A DNA stretch of 64,000 nucleotides from Lingula anatina (Eukaryota > Animalia > Brachiopoda). Within the stretch, counting starts at the first letter, position 1. The number at the start of each line of letters is the position of its first letter. The notes below the pieces were generated by a model, which was not told where the DNA came from, did no database searches, and worked only from the letters and a program-made list of their open reading frames with translations. The translations under genes and the position numbers were made by a program. Below, one piece after another: positions 1-12,873 of the stretch. Location of the stretch: the NCBI GenBank assembly GCA_051362555.1, contig CM120641.1:12400001-12464000 (forward strand), in the 5' to 3' direction.

Positions 1-859
1 TGATGAAGTTTAATGATAAAAAGGAAGTTTTTCTTAATGTTGTATTTGGAGGTAAAAGTGTTAGAAATGCTTGCGCCCTGTGGTGGAAATAACTGATGAA
101 GATAAGTGTTACCATAATGTCCATTTGAAGCTATGATGTACTTTTCAGGAAGTTTTGTTGAAAGAATATAATATACACATAATTTTTGTATTAATTTTTG
201 TATTTACTCTTAACTACAGCTTATGTTCTTTATGATACTATTATATGCATTGCTCAATTCTATCAAATATTATATGAATTAATCAAAATATGTGTGGCAA
301 TATTTTATCTGTATGCAGCTCTGTCCAACAGTTTACATGATATATGTAACATGATATTTAAGTGCAATTCTGTTACATGTGCACCTTTGCTTTATCTTGA
401 TTATAATGCAATATATATTACCTGTAGTTTAAATTAATATCCTTCATACAAATATTTTATATATGAAAATTTTAGGGAGGGATAGTAAGAAGTGTATTTT
501 ATGGCACAATAATGTCTATGATTTTTACTTAAGATGTCATAAACATTTTCCTATTATTCTCCATATTTGTCCAGATATTATTATTATTCCATATCTAGTT
601 TACTCCGTCCAAAGAAATAAACATGATTATTTTGCATCACTAATAGCTTGTTATGAGTTGTGTTTTGACATGTGTTAAAATGATTAATGAATTAACAAGC
701 ACCTACAAATGAAAATGCATTTGAGGGACATTAGTTCCTAGAAAATAAACAAGGCAGCCGAGCTGTCAAATGTACAGAAAAAAAGCAGATAATAATAATA
801 ATAATAATAATGCACAAAATAGGATAATATAATATAATCATAACATGGACATTTAAAAA

Positions 860-1470
860 TTTGATTTTCACTGGGCTTCATGCACATTGGAGTTCGAAGC
901 CCCACAATGAAAATGCCAATGTGTGAAAGATGAAAAATTTACAAAAATGTACAACAGAAAAATATGCCAAGTAGACTGCTTTTCAACCCAGGCTGCATTT
1001 TAGTCCTGTGTTTCTTTCCTGTGAGTTTAAGAAGAGTGATATGTTTTTTTTTTTTTTTTTTTCAATGGTCACTATGGAGGCAGTGCCCAAAATCGGGTTT
1101 TCTTCATTTTTGATGCAATATTCAATATGCTAAAATGCATAATGACCATCAATTTTAATAATGAAATTAAAGTAACATGGATATTCAGAAAATGTGACTA
1201 GCAAAGGTATTCAAGCCCATGGAAGTTCAAAGTCACACCTTGAAAATGTCGACATGAAAAATTTAATTCTAACAAAAAACTATATTATCTCCAGAAATGT
1301 TAACCAACAAAACAGTTTTTCTAATTTAAGCTGTATTTTAGTCCTGTGTTACAGTACTTTTCTGTAAGTTTAAGAAGAGTAAGTGACATGGTTTTCCTTT
1401 AATGGTCACTATGGAGGCAATGCCAAAAATAGGATTTTCTTCATTTTTGATGCAATATTACATAATGCTT
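860..1470. repeat. Diverged tandem duplication, unit about 340 bp
   Basis: The blocks 'attttagtcctgtgtt...agtttaagaagagt', 'aatggtcactatggaggca' and 'ttttcttcatttttgatgcaatatt' each occur twice, near 1000-1120 and near 1335-1460. Confidence 0.75.
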
Positions 1471-1472
1471 AA

Positions 1473-1630
1473 CAGCATAATAACTGTTCGTTTTGGCCAA
1501 AAAATGAATTTTCCTGGAGCAAACAATTTTCCCATACTTACCAATGGTTAATGAATCCATTTCTACATTCAAAGTTAGTCCCTTATTTTTTTCTAAAAAG
1601 TTTTTTTTTTTTGTGATAATCTCTTGAGAA
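1473..1630 (+). mobile_element. Truncated copy of a TTAA-flanked (Kolobok-like) MITE family
   Basis: Starts after TTAA (1469-1472). The stretch 'ataactgttcgttttggcc...cccatacttaccaatggttaatgaatcc...aatctctt' matches the reverse complement of about 33670-33836 and the forward strand of about 61122-61285. Confidence 0.7.
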
Positions 1631-1905
1631 TAATAAAAATACCAAAAATTTTTGGGACCCTTTGGCAGGCCCCTAACCCAATGCCAAGTGGGGGTGTGTG
1701 GGGTGTGGAGATCTGTGGAGGGTTGGCTTACCGTCTACAGACCCCCCCCCCCCCTTCAAATAATTCTGGATCCGCCTGTCATGCCAGATTTCAATGGGGA
1801 CATTCAGAATAGATGAACCAAGTACTAACTGATCCACCAACTAAATATGGCCGACCATACTTCAAAAGTGATGCCACTTGTGCTATTAAACAAATTAAAT
1901 CTCGG

Positions 1906-2120
1906 CACTGTTAAAAGCGTTCTCAAAATGTAACATTTGAACACGTAAAAAGTGTTCTGAATTTACATGTAAATGTGTTCTAAACAAAAAAAAAAAAAAA
2001 AAAAAAAAAAAAAACATAAAAATGTGTTCTATATTTCACAACGCTCAGTGTTCTGGCGCAGAACACTGTTTTTAAAAGCGTTCTCAAAATGTAACATTTG
2101 CACACTTAAAATGTGTTCTG
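1906..2120. repeat. About 55-bp direct repeat flanking a poly(A) tract
   Basis: 'aaaagcgttctcaaaatgtaacatttg.acac.taaaa.gtgttctg' occurs twice, with a long A run at about 1986-2013 between the copies. Confidence 0.7.
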
Positions 2121-2439
2121 TTTCATGTTTGCGACGCGTTCCCGAACTTTAGAGTGTGATAGACGTGTAGACACGAACGTACATTGCACATGTATGTCTT
2201 GTTTGAAAACCTAATAAATATATAAATACAAAAAAAATGAATAAATAATAAATATAAGGTTGTAATTAAGTCAGATCACTAAGTGGATCAGTATGTATGT
2301 ATTCGCAGCCAGACTATCACTCGAAAGCCTCATACCTGTATCACAAGTTGATATCGGCCTTAGCCGAGTACGATGTCAGATAGATGGATCTAGCGGTACC
2401 TGGATCTAAAGATACGTGGGTTTATAGGAATCTGTTGGT

Positions 2440-2545
2440 GGATCTATCGGAACGTAAATTTAACGAGACGTAAATCTATTGAGACGTGTATGTATAGAGA
2501 CGTATCTATCGGGACGAATATTTATTGGGACGTTTATCTATATGG
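2440..2545. repeat. Degenerate minisatellite, unit about 16 bp
   Basis: Repeated 'atctatcgg(g/a)acgta / atctattgagacgt'-like units. Confidence 0.6.
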
Positions 2546-3292
2546 CGGACCCCGAATTATCAACGAAACTAACGTATCACTTCTTCAAGTTCTTGGAAGT
2601 TCAACCCCCTTGAAACTCCAGGGAAACACGAGAGATGTCCCTTTGGTATAACAGTTATTACAATTATTAATCATAAACACTTATTGTAACAGTGTTCCAT
2701 GAGAAAAACTGTAGCTTTACATAAAAAGCTGAGACCCCTAGGACCTCGTTACGTGTTAAAAAGAACATGTAACATGATTTGTAATTTAATACTAAATGAT
2801 TCAGGATTTTACGCCGTACATTGAAGGTAGCTTTAGAGTAAAACCTTTTTTTTTTCTTTGTCGATGCAAACGGTCTAACGTTGTATTTCAGTTCACCCCT
2901 TATGTTCCAAAAAGGAGCTAAATGACCTTTTTGGTTCAGTCTAAGAACTAAACGAATAGTCCAGATTATTCAAATTCCGCGCTTGATCTCCACTTTCGAG
3001 CCTCTTTTACAAGTGGTTTCACACTTGCCATTTCTTCAAAACGAGACTAATCTAATTGTGAGGTTAAGTAAAACGCGCGTAAATTAAAGAATAAAATTGG
3101 AATTTAATATATTTTTCTTCTTTAAAATACATCTTTAAATTATCAGATGCAGCACGTGTAATTTTTACTTTTGATGTCATATATGTTTATATCAAGCAAC
3201 ACGTCGATATCTAAATAACATTTATCAAAAACTTTCTCCTTCAAATCTACGGCTTGCATGTGTCTTTTTCAACAGAACCACGCTGCTCAACA

Positions 3293-6200
3293 ATGGAAGA
3301 CACGAACGGCTGCGAAGGAAATGGGGAACAGCAGTATGATCCATCTGCTGAAACATACACAAATAACACAGAAACAGAAGAACAAACTGAAGTGCAACCA
3401 GCCCAAGAAGGAGAATCAGGAGACACATGTGAATCTGAAGAAAAACCAAAAGATAACGAAGAATGGTGAGAGAAAATGCCGTCCATTTTGTATAACGCCA
3501 TTTGCAACTTTTCCCAGGGCTTTTGACCGGTTAGATTTTTTCATTAAAAAATGTAAAACGGTCCATTTTTGTCGTTTTGTTAAGTATTACGAGTTGTCTG
3601 TAGAAAAAGGCACAGAGAACTTCACTCTGAGTCGAGTCCCCAGTTTCTTTGTTACGTTTGCATTTCAAATTTAAAATTGGGTCAGCGATTATTTGTAGCA
3701 TGTCCTTTAAAGAGAGCCGGTCATTGTTAATTAATTAAAAATCTATAATTCTAGTCATATTTCGTATCATCTGAAAAATATTTGGTACTTTTGTAGTATA
3801 CCCCCCCACCCTGTAACTTCCTGAAACTTTCATTTTTCAAACATTTTTTTACATTGTCTATTTCACCTATGTCAAAACTGTTGAAATAAAATGTTTTTGT
3901 AATTACCTGTGGTCTTTTTATTAGTTTTAATCACGTTTAATCCACCCCATTGAAATACAATGTGAAAATTTACAATGTACCCGCAGTCAATAACTTGCCG
4001 CGTTTTCGTTGGCTAACTCTACTTTATTTTATGTGAACATGGGATTGATACATTGTATACTTGGACTTCCTCTGTGAAATTATTATGAGCTACTTGTTCA
4101 CATAAAATTACCCTAGAGTTAGCCAACGAAAACGCGGCAAGTTATTGACTGCGGGAGTAAATTTGAAGATTCTAACATTGTATTTCAATGGGCTGGATTA
4201 AACGTGATTAAAACCAATAAAAAGTCCACAGGTAATTACAAAAGCATTTTATTTCAACAGCTTTGACATAGATGAACAATAAAATGTAAAAAACTGTTTG
4301 AAAAGTGAAAGTTACAGAAAGTTACAGGGTGGGGGGGTATACTACAAAAGTACCAAATATTTTTATTGTATGGAACAAATAGATAATGCAAAAAAATTGG
4401 GTTTGACTTATTATTTGGTAAAATGATTGCCAAACCAGCATAAATCCTGTAATTTGTAAATTTTATCAAAAAGCAGAGGAAACACAGTAGAGAATGACCC
4501 ATTTAAATTGAATAATAATTTATTCACAGTGTAATGGATGAAAGCTTTCAGAATTGAAACGGTTTGTTGCATGTTGTTTGATTGCCTTGAGTTAAGGTGG
4601 ATCACATACCTCCCTATTTTTATTGTATTTTGAAATAATAATAATGATAATAAAAATAGCAATACTTTTGAGAAAGCTATTTTTTAACTTGTAAGCATGA
4701 GAAAAGAGAAGTTGCAATTTTGTTTGAAATGTGTTATTATTTTTCAGCAAATTGTTTGTTGGAGGATTAAGTTGGGAGACAACAGCAAGTGAGTAATTTT
4801 TGCATTCTTATAAAAATCCTGAAATAAACCGTACGTTGCTTATTTTTACCTATTTAATTATGTTAAAGGTTATGCTAGAATTTGAACCTTAGAATCATTG
4901 TGCACAGCTCTTAATTTGGTACCTCACAAAGTTACTGTGCCACTGTGTAAGGGTCTTTTTCTGTGAAAGTAAATCGGTTAACCCCTCCCTTATACAGTGA
5001 AAACTCCTTAATTTCCATACTTGATATTTTTGTTGTATTTTAGAGGATCTGAGGGAATATTTTGAAAAGTTTGGAGAGGTGACAGACTGCCAACTGAAAA
5101 TAGATCATCAGACTGGAAGGTCAAGAGGATTTGGCTTTGTTACATTTAAAGAAACAGATGCTGTCCATAAGGTGTAGAAACATTTTATGAATCAAAGTAT
5201 ATCACAACTATATTTGTATTTTTAAATGAGAAATTTTGTATACATTTGGTACATTTCATCAATTTGTTATATTCCATCAAAACTTGTATTAAATGGTTAT
5301 GTTTTAGTCTTCAATTGAGTATGTTCAGATTTCACCAATTTTTCAGAAGGATATTTTCAAATGTTTATTGTGCTTTTGTGGCTTTTTCAGTGCACATGTG
5401 AAAGTGAACACAAGCTTCATGGGAAGGTAATCGACCCCAAGAGAGCCATGGCAAGGGGACAGAAAGAACCAATTAAGAAAGTGTTTGTAGGAGGATTAGA
5501 CCCCGATTTCCCAGAGGATGAGCTCAGGACATATTTTAGCAAGTTTGGAAAGGTAAACCAATATTACATCACAATCATTATATTAACTCCATTTTTATTA
5601 TTTCTAAAGAACAGTCAACTTATTTATTTATATGTCATTATTAATTGTATTAATTAATTATATTATTTATTTATTTATTTATTTATTTCAACTTATTTGT
5701 TTCTTCTTTATTTTGATATTGATTACATTATTAACTGATGCAAAAGATGCAATTATGAATTATTTAAAATGAAGAAATGGTTTTAAGTGCTTGTGTTTTT
5801 CACTTCAGATTGTAGAGATTGATCTTCCTTATGACAGGACAAAGGGTTCTAGGAGGCATTTCTGCTTTATCACATTTGAAAGTGAAGAAGTTGTAAACAA
5901 AGTTGTAGCAGAACCAAAGCAAAAACTAGGAGAGAAAGAGGTGAGCATGTACCAGCAAAGTAGCAAACATTTGCTCTCCTTAACCCGTACTATGTCCATG
6001 TTTCATTGTAATGTAATCTCCCAGTTTGTAACATTTCTATATTTAAAGTATTTTCTCTATTTGCAGGTCGTATGTAATGTCTCTTCAGCCTCAGACGTAA
6101 AGGGTGTAAACAAATGTTTTACTCAGCTTGATCCTGTTTTGTAAAGCCAGTTTTTTTTTATTATCTCCCTTTGACTTTATATTTCTCTCATTAGGTGTAA

Positions 6201-9200
6201 TTGTTTCATCCCAGAAAGCACTTGGTTTGTAGTGTAATATTTGACACATTTCCTTAAAACGGCATGCACATTGTTAAGGTAGTATGTCTCATTTTGAAGA
6301 ATGTGAAGTTAGATGTGCATTTTGCATTGTTCACATTCTTTGTCCTTTTATTCTGATTTTAGCTGAGGACTCCTTGAAATGGAGCGACTGCAAGTGGTAT
6401 GTGGAGGAAACTCACTCGTAGGGAAAGAACCGTTGAGGTTTTATCATAAATAATTCTTGCAAATAGAGACAAATAGGATTACCTAATGATAGATTGGTTT
6501 AGGAATCCTATTAAGTACACTATATTTGATTTAATGATATATTGATTACATTAGATTTCAGAGAACTTTTCATTTGCAGATTTAGTATGCTATTTCTTGG
6601 CACAAGACATGGTAGATGCAGTAATGGTCCGGTTTGGGCATATATATAGTTTTCAGCAGTACATGTATTGATAAAATTTGCAAGAGAGCAGGTACATTGT
6701 AGTTAGTGATATATTAGTTGTCTTTTTACATGAATTGACTACTATGCCCATCTACTCAGCCATTTTGAAAATAAAGTAACAAATGTGTGCTCTTGTGTTT
6801 ATCTTCGTCTACTGGCAAGTCCTTCAACTATTTTTCTAATGGGCGAGAAGAAAACATTCTTTGGCCTGTAAAAAGAAGTTTAATCAAGTTTGAAAATAAA
6901 GAGAAAGTCATTTCTGACCAAAAATGTTTTTAAAAAAACCTTATTCATCAAAAAGCACAAGTTTAATCTAGGAGATGAAAGAGAAAGAGATATTTCACAT
7001 CACCAATAGACTCAGAAGAAAAGCATGTGTAATATATTTCTTTAAGACATTGTTGAAGGTTGTCCAGTTCATTTTCACAGTGCTTTATGACCCTTTGCTT
7101 GATAACAAAAGCAGAAAATGGTCTACCCCCTATCATGCAAGCCCGTAGTGTAGTATGTTTATCAACAACTTCCACCAAAATGGCTGGGTTCAGGGTGTAT
7201 GTTCAAACAATCAGACACTCACTGTAATCTCTTTTGTCTTTGTAGGTGGATGTGAAAAAGGCCACACCCAAGCAGAATGATAGCTATGGCGGTGGTGGCC
7301 GTGGGGGTGGATTTGGTGGCAGAGGAGGTGGAAGAGGCCGTGGACGAGGTGAGTTGTTGACAAGAATTCCTTTCATTGGTATGGGTGCAGAAATTTTTTT
7401 GTGGGGAACTAGTTTTGGAAAATGACTGATGTTATGGTCGTTATTTTAGTTACAGTATAATGCAGTATTGACATAATGTTAATTATAAACAAGGTGAAGT
7501 TTATATTTGGAAAAAATATGGAAGAGAATTTATCTTTTTATGCTCATCTTCAGGTATTTAGATTACATCTTATAAAGCCATCCATTTTGTTGAAACTCTG
7601 TGACATGTTATTGGACCTGATATATTTCCAGGATATGGAGGTGGCCCAGGGGGCTGGAACCAAGGGTGGAACAACCAAGGCTATGGTGGATATGGAGGCT
7701 ATGGGGGATATGATCAGGGAGGCTATGGTGGATATGGAAACTATGGAGGATATGATCAAAGTGGATATGGTGGCGGATATGGCTCCTGGAGTGGATATGA
7801 CCAGGGCGGTTATGGAGGCGGCTATGGTGGAGGTTATGGTGGCGGATATGGAGGTGGATATGGACAAGGTAGGTAGTGTGCTGTAACTGCTTATAGTTTA
7901 ATCAAGATAACGTTGGATGTGTGTGTAATTCTAAATTCATTTGGAATTTCTGGGGTTTCCAGAAATTATACAGATTACATTATTTATTACACTTCTTTGC
8001 TATATTGGATGAAATGGAAGTGAGACACTGGTGAATGTGACAAAGCCTTCCTGTATGTTGAAGGCTACTTGCCTGTTTACACAAAAACTTTATGCATAAG
8101 AACTGAAGGCTTTCATGTCTTAAAGGGGCTCTGTCATTTTCTTAAATGAAAATACATATTGGCTGGTTTTCATTGCCAAATTGTCATTGTTTAGACTTAA
8201 AACTGACAGAGGAAAAGAAAAAGGAGTTGGTTTAAATAAAAAATGAGTGACAAAATTAACACCACTGCTTCTTTTGCTTTTGTTGAACCTGGCTAATGTT
8301 ATGTATAAAGCAAAATTATTTTTAGAAGTGTTGTTGGGGAGTTGACTCTGTAATTTTAAGTCAGTTATTTCATTTTCATTTTTTGAGCAATAAGGACTTT
8401 GCTGTCTCTGCAAAACATTTTTATTTGCATATTGCTTTGACAACTTTTATAGAAGTTTGAAAACTGAAGTTTGAAAAGAGTATATACTGTCCTGTAGTAT
8501 AAGAAATGCTGTAAGTCTGAACTCTTCTATGCTGTTGCATTTGACTATACTTAAGTTGATGAATACTTTGATTTTGGAGTAATTTTTTAATTTTACTTGT
8601 ATGAGCTATATTCATAATATCATTAAAATATTCATAGTAGTGATTTTTTATGTGAAAAATAGTAGGTCTGAATGTGGACTGTATCATCTCATAGGTTTAT
8701 AAACTCTGTTATCTAAATGTGAACTCCCAAGATGGACAGTCACATACAACATCCATAAAACCTCCACTTTAATCACCTCTCTGAATAAGCCCAAATCCAC
8801 CTGTTCTTAATCAGTAGCCTTTTCAGTAATAATAAAATAAATTATAATGTAAATAGAATTTTAAATATATATTTAAGTTGAAGGTTGGTCTCAACTTGTT
8901 TCAAAATGTTTTTTTTTATGAAAGTAAAGACCAACTTTCCACTTGAGTTTTAAAGTGAAATAGGGCTAAAATGTCAAGTAGAAATCAAGGTTTTCGTAAC
9001 CCTCCTCAATTTCTGAATGAGTTGGTAACTATTAAGTGGGTGAATAACAAAGTTGTATATCATTGTTGGACCAGCAGATTATCTTAAAGGAGAGACAGCA
9101 CAAAGATGAGAACAAGAGGATTTGGATTTCTTCAAATTATTTGACCAGATACACAAGACACAAACAACACTATACACTGTTTTCAGGCAGCATTGTGATT

Positions 9201-10759
9201 ATAAGATATCTTTGAAAAGGGCACATGAAGCACAATATAGTGTCAATATATTAAGTGTTTAGTGCTCTGCTTGGTGAAGTAACATGGGGTCTTGTTTGTT
9301 TTTCCAAGGTTACGATTACAGTGGATGGGGCTATGGACAGGATCAAGGTGAGTCTATCATATGACCCTTGACCTAAGTCACATGACTTTAACCAAGACAG
9401 CCCCAGGGTTTGGAATTGAATTGTTGAACAAAGTGATATATTTGTGTTTCAATTTACCTATTCAAAGAATGACTTTAGGGAAAAGTGCAATGAATAATGT
9501 TGTAGAATAGGTCTTCTGTATGGTCCAGACCACAGGTGAGCTCTGAACTGGTGCGAAATGCAATTTTTGTCTCAATTCAGACAAAAATGTGCTCTTTTGA
9601 TCATGAAAAAATTATTGAATAAATATGTACATATTTTTTGTGTTTATAATATTTGTCTTTATTTAACATTTGAAAAATCTGAAGACTATTTCTCTCAAAA
9701 TTTATTTTTTGTTTCTTAAATGAAAGGGCAATTTTGCACTTGAGTAGTCCTTGGTCAAGTTGATTGGCATAGGAATACGTGCTAGTCCACTTGATTTCAG
9801 TACTATTTTTTTCAGTTCAGCAACCTCTGTCTGTTTCATATATCTATATATAGTTATCTTGTATATTTGTTGTAGATATACAAGCTGCATGTTGTAGCAC
9901 ATTAAGTTCAAAGAATAATTATATAAAATTTGTATTTTGTTTTTCATCGTTTGTTCTTTGAGAGAAGAGTGCATTTTTTTGAAATCTTAGGAATGTGGAA
10001 TGTGTCCTTATATCGCCCTACTTTTGTGCCATTGCAAATACAAATGAGTTCATTCTTGTTTGAATACAAGTGATAGGTATTACTTATGTATGTTGTTGGT
10101 CAGATGCAGTAGACAGGGATATAATAGCAACGTCAGGACCACCTATTGATTTGCATGTCTCTGTGAAATTTACAAGTGAAATGACTGTGAGGCACTCCCA
10201 AGGTGTCCTTACATCAAATTTGTGTTCAGAATAAATTAATTTCTTTTATTTGAATTGTTGTGTACTTTCAATTGCACAAGGATAGTGCATAGGTGTGAAG
10301 CCGCTAGATTGTATATATACCTCTGGAGTAAAACTTGACCCTAACACGAATGTGTTAGTTCCCCCTCATATCAACTTTTTGAGGCTCGCTCCTGTATACT
10401 ACTTGTGATTTACTATGAAACAAAACTGTTATTTAGTAATCCAGTACTTAAACACTTAATTTAATTCACTTGTGAGGGGTAGTTTATACATTAAACTATT
10501 TTTGTTGTGGTGTATATATTTGTAGATTGGGTAAGATACATGTTATGCATTAAAACCTGTGTGAAGATTTTAAGGCAAGTGCCTCTGTAAAGATAGTATT
10601 TGAGTTTGCAGTGTTTGTGTCTGAACTAAATTCTTGGATTGAGGCTGAATGTTTTCTTTGTTCATTTCAGGCGGCCAGAGCAATTACGGGAAGGCTCCAA
10701 AGCGTGGTGGGGGAGCCGGAGGAGGCCAGGGAGGCTATCACCCCTATAACAGGCAGTAA
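3293..10759 (+). CDS. hnRNP A/B / hnRNP D / squid-like RNA-binding protein (2 RRMs, RGG and Gly-Tyr-rich tail, PY-NLS)
   Basis: In-frame exons 3293-3465, 4748-4788, 5044-5171, 5391-5552, 5809-5940, 7246-7348, 7632-7868, 9309-9347, 10671-10759, all GT-AG. Motifs: [12 protein letters not shown] (RNP2), [10 protein letters not shown] (RNP1), [20 protein letters not shown] repeats, and C-terminal [10 protein letters not shown]...YHPY. Confidence 0.93.
3774..4364. mobile_element. Foldback/MITE-like long inverted repeat in the first coding-region intron of the hnRNP gene
   Basis: Arms 3774-4039 and 4095-4364 are reverse complements (e.g. cccgcagtcaataacttgccgcgttttcgttggctaactcta versus tagagttagccaacgaaaacgcggcaagttattgactgcggg), with a spacer of about 55 bp. 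Confidence 0.9.
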
Positions 10760-11985
10760 ACATGGGCTTGTACGTGGAATTATGACATGGCGACTTGTGG
10801 TCGTTTTGCTTCAACTACAGATTGTAAAATACATTATATTTGATTGAGATTAAACTATAAATGAACACTTTCAGTGTCCTGATACACCTGATGTTTTGGT
10901 CTTGGGCACCTTTTTTTTTTCGTTCATTTCAAAATAGTTACAGATTCAAAGCCTGAAGAACATGTAGTTTTGTATTTAACTTTTGGGATTTAAAATGTTA
11001 AGGATACTCGGTGTTGTATTTTATATAAATAAATAAATAATAATAATAATAATTTTGTGTCTGAACTGCCATGTTTTCTCTTTCAGCTGTGGCCAGTATG
11101 TTGAATAAACCTCATGGTTGTGTAAGGGGACGGTATTGCCCAGCAGAGATTGAACGAACACTATAGATAGTTTTCTTAAAGTAGAAACCGTTGTCATTGT
11201 AATGATAAAAGAATCATGCGACTTTGAAAACGGTACTGTACATAATTAGATTGGATTCTCCATGGAAATAGCAAAAAGAAAATGTCATTGACGGTTGCTA
11301 GCAAATGGCTTTAACACCGGTCCGATTCTGCATTTTGTTTTTGTTTTTAGAAAAATGGTTTTTTAAATTGGATCATTCCACTGAATGTTAAACATCAATT
11401 ATGAAATGTGGCAGAAATTGTAAAGATAGTTGAATTTTCTTAATGTAAAATTTTATTATGTAACACCGAAGTGTAGTAGGTAATAAAGTCACTGATTTTA
11501 GTTGAACTATTGGTCTGTTTCTTTCTGACAATTTAATTTTTATTTCTTATGTTAACACATGGAATTACCTATAGACATGGGTTTGAACAAGCCATAAGCT
11601 TTCTATTAAACCAGTAACAGTATTAGGGGGGAGGGTCCTATCTAATCCAGATCAATGAAAACCTTGGAAAGGATCTTGTGCGAAAGGGTCTTCAATTAGC
11701 ATAACCAGACATTTATATATTAGCTTTATTCAAAGTGTATAAGCATTCAGCCTTCTTTTTCTTAGTGTAGAAGCCTTTCAAAACCCTTTTTTGAATGCAC
11801 TGCGTGGGCCCGTTTCACAGAGGCTAACAGTTGGCTGCTGAATTTTCACAAATCGGTTAAAGGGCCGCCTGCTTTCATTTCTTATGGTATGTTCGTATAC
11901 TAAAACACAATGTGGCCCACTTGAGACAGGATTGAGCCATAGTCGCCTACTAGAACGAGGCAACTGAGAATACCAAGTAGCGTTT

Positions 11986-11986
<1 letters not shown>

Positions 11987-12042
<56 letters not shown>
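11987..12042. repeat. (TA)n microsatellite
   Basis: Perfect TA run. Confidence 0.98.
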
Positions 12043-12046
<4 letters not shown>

Positions 12047-12535
12047 CCTTCTATAACACGTAGCTCAGTAGCTGTATTCTGATTATTTTCGAATTTATCT
12101 GGATGTTTAATTTTCATGTAGTATTACACTTGTTATCCACTCGTTGATCGCCAGGGAAACAACCCTTCATTTTCATTAACTCTAAATGCAACTTGACCGT
12201 GCCAACATCAGCTTTATACTTGTTTTGGGGGGCGGGGGGGGGGGGAATACTTTCGTTGCGTACGTGAAATCATACACTGCCGTCCTTGCACAATGTACGT
12301 CACCCGCTCACACTTAGAAATCAATAATAAGAGGTGACCTCACCCGAAGTCAATAACTGAATAATACAACATGGACTGTTGGTTTCCTCTTTAACATGAT
12401 AGAAAAACTATTACAAGAGAGATGTCTGACGACGTCGACCGGCATAGTGCTGGCTTTATCTATTTCTGCCACCGTCGTAATATTTGTCTTTTATCCGAAC
12501 GGTCCTAAATACATGAAATTACCGAAATTAGACCC

Positions 12536-12834
12536 CATTTCCATAGATTTTAGATCGATCTATCCCTGTGGGGAGTCTCACTAGATTACTGTCAGCTTAG
12601 CCGGCTTAAGCGTCTCTCCCGCCTACTAAAAGCTGTAAAGGGGTAATTAACTGTGGTGCGCGCTCGGCTGACTGCAATTTAGCGTGAACCCCCAGGGAGT
12701 TAGGTCGATCTAAATCTTAATCCCTGGATCGATCTAAATCTCTGGGAATGCACCAAGTCGGCTATCCAATTTTAGCAGTTCGAGCGTTGCCAAATGACGT
12801 AGACCAGGTAAACTTTTCTGAAACAGGCCCCTGG
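12536..12834. mobile_element. Probable MITE remnant just 3' of chitinase A
   Basis: Inverted pair 'catttccatagattttagatcgatc' / 'gatcgatctaaatctctgggaatg', and a terminus-like 'ttctgaaacaggcccctg' at the right end. Confidence 0.45.
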
Positions 12835-12873
12835 GCACGAAATAATGTCGAGGATGAAGTATGGAGGTCTAGC

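Noticed and set aside
198-678. Short AT-rich ORFs here and in other introns and intergenic regions
   Set aside because: No recognisable motifs or splice-consistent continuation; expected by chance.
7476-7886. Met/Asp-rich ORF and antisense Ser/Ile-rich ORF
   Set aside because: Wrong-frame readings of the Gly-Tyr-rich hnRNP exon 7632-7868.
9505-9541. Extra micro-exon ending at CAG|GTGAGC
   Set aside because: The donor is good but the upstream acceptor lacks a pyrimidine tract. It cannot be supported without transcripts.
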